A DNA stretch of 64,000 nucleotides, from contig MU057503.1 of the NCBI GenBank assembly GCA_013265495.1, positions 1 to 64,000 on the forward strand. The letters are read 5' to 3'. Positions within the stretch are counted from its first letter, which is position 1. Every line of letters begins with the position of its first letter. The position numbers were made by a program, and so were the translations under genes. Source of the stretch: Vicugna vicugna. Lineage: Eukaryota. This document shows positions 63,175 to 64,000 of this stretch, piece by piece. Below the pieces are notes generated by a model that saw only the letters and a program-made list of their open reading frames with translations, did not search any database and was not told the origin of the DNA.

Positions 63175-64000
63175 CTATAGCAGGCAAAATATGTGGCAAT
63201 TCTCACAGATCAAAAGTACCATAATGTTCCATTTCCCAACCATCCTGGCTAAACAAGAAGTCTCTACATTATGCTTTGGTTAACACTCCATTAAACCCAC
63301 TAATTCCATTTCCTTGTTACAACAGATGGTAAACATAAAGCCAAGGTATTTACTCTATTCATGAACTTAACCTTCTTACATTTTAGCAGCTATTTTTAAC
63401 AATAAATAGAAGACAAGAGGTAGTTCTTCAGGTAAACTGTCTCCACTGTCACCAGTAATGGGGAGGGGGGAGGCTTGAGGGACCTTACGACCATAGTTGT
63501 AACCTCATAGATAATGTCCCTCCCCTTAGCTTTCACTTTTACTCGCACCAACAAGGTGACTCCTATCTTTTCAACTGCTATTAGGAAGTCAGGGAGCCTT
63601 CAGAGTTTCTCCAGCTGTTGCTGAAACATGAAGGTAGGAGGAAAAGCATCAGATTTTAGCTCAAAATTAAGGTGGTGAAAAGAAAATACATGATCCAAGG
63701 GAGTAAGGAATAAATGACTATATAAACTAACATCACAAATAAAGTAACACCGGCTCGTGACGTTTTCACTGCCTAACCCACTTGCCAGGATTTACTGTGG
63801 TAGGAAAATAAATGATCATTAGGGTTCCTTATTATTTAAATGTAGAAAGTGGTTATTTGTGTGTGTTCCTCATTTTGTTTCAATTGACACTTCCTGAGCA
63901 CTCATGAAGTGGCAGCCACTGTGCTAGGGACATTCACAGAGGTTGAGAGCACTTCCACACACAGATGGGTAATGTTCTCCGCATCATGGTCTTGTCTGGG

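Overview
AT-rich, CpG-depleted mammalian genomic DNA, almost certainly camelid (camel/alpaca/llama): it carries a tRNA-Ala-derived vic-1-type SINE (~18757-18907) and camelid-type young L1 3' ends, and I saw no Alu, BovB/Bov-tA, PRE-1 or CHR SINEs. No intact protein-coding gene or RNA gene is recognisable. The window reads as deep intron or intergenic sequence (weak evidence for a host gene on the - strand) filled with L1 of several ages, L2, MIR, MaLR/ERVL/ERV1 LTRs and hAT/mariner MITEs, plus a few repeat-poor, motif-rich blocks that look like enhancers. The most unusual structure is a composite ERV1 remnant at 2226-3737: a CpG-rich LTR U3 fused directly to a decayed env TM segment, then a polypurine tract and a different LTR. 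Other clear structures are a twin-primed (5'-inverted) L1 with its TSD at 5024-5320 and a MaLR nested in another MaLR. I found no convincing previously undescribed biological system. Repeat family names come from remembered consensus sequences, and boundaries are approximate unless a TSD is quoted.
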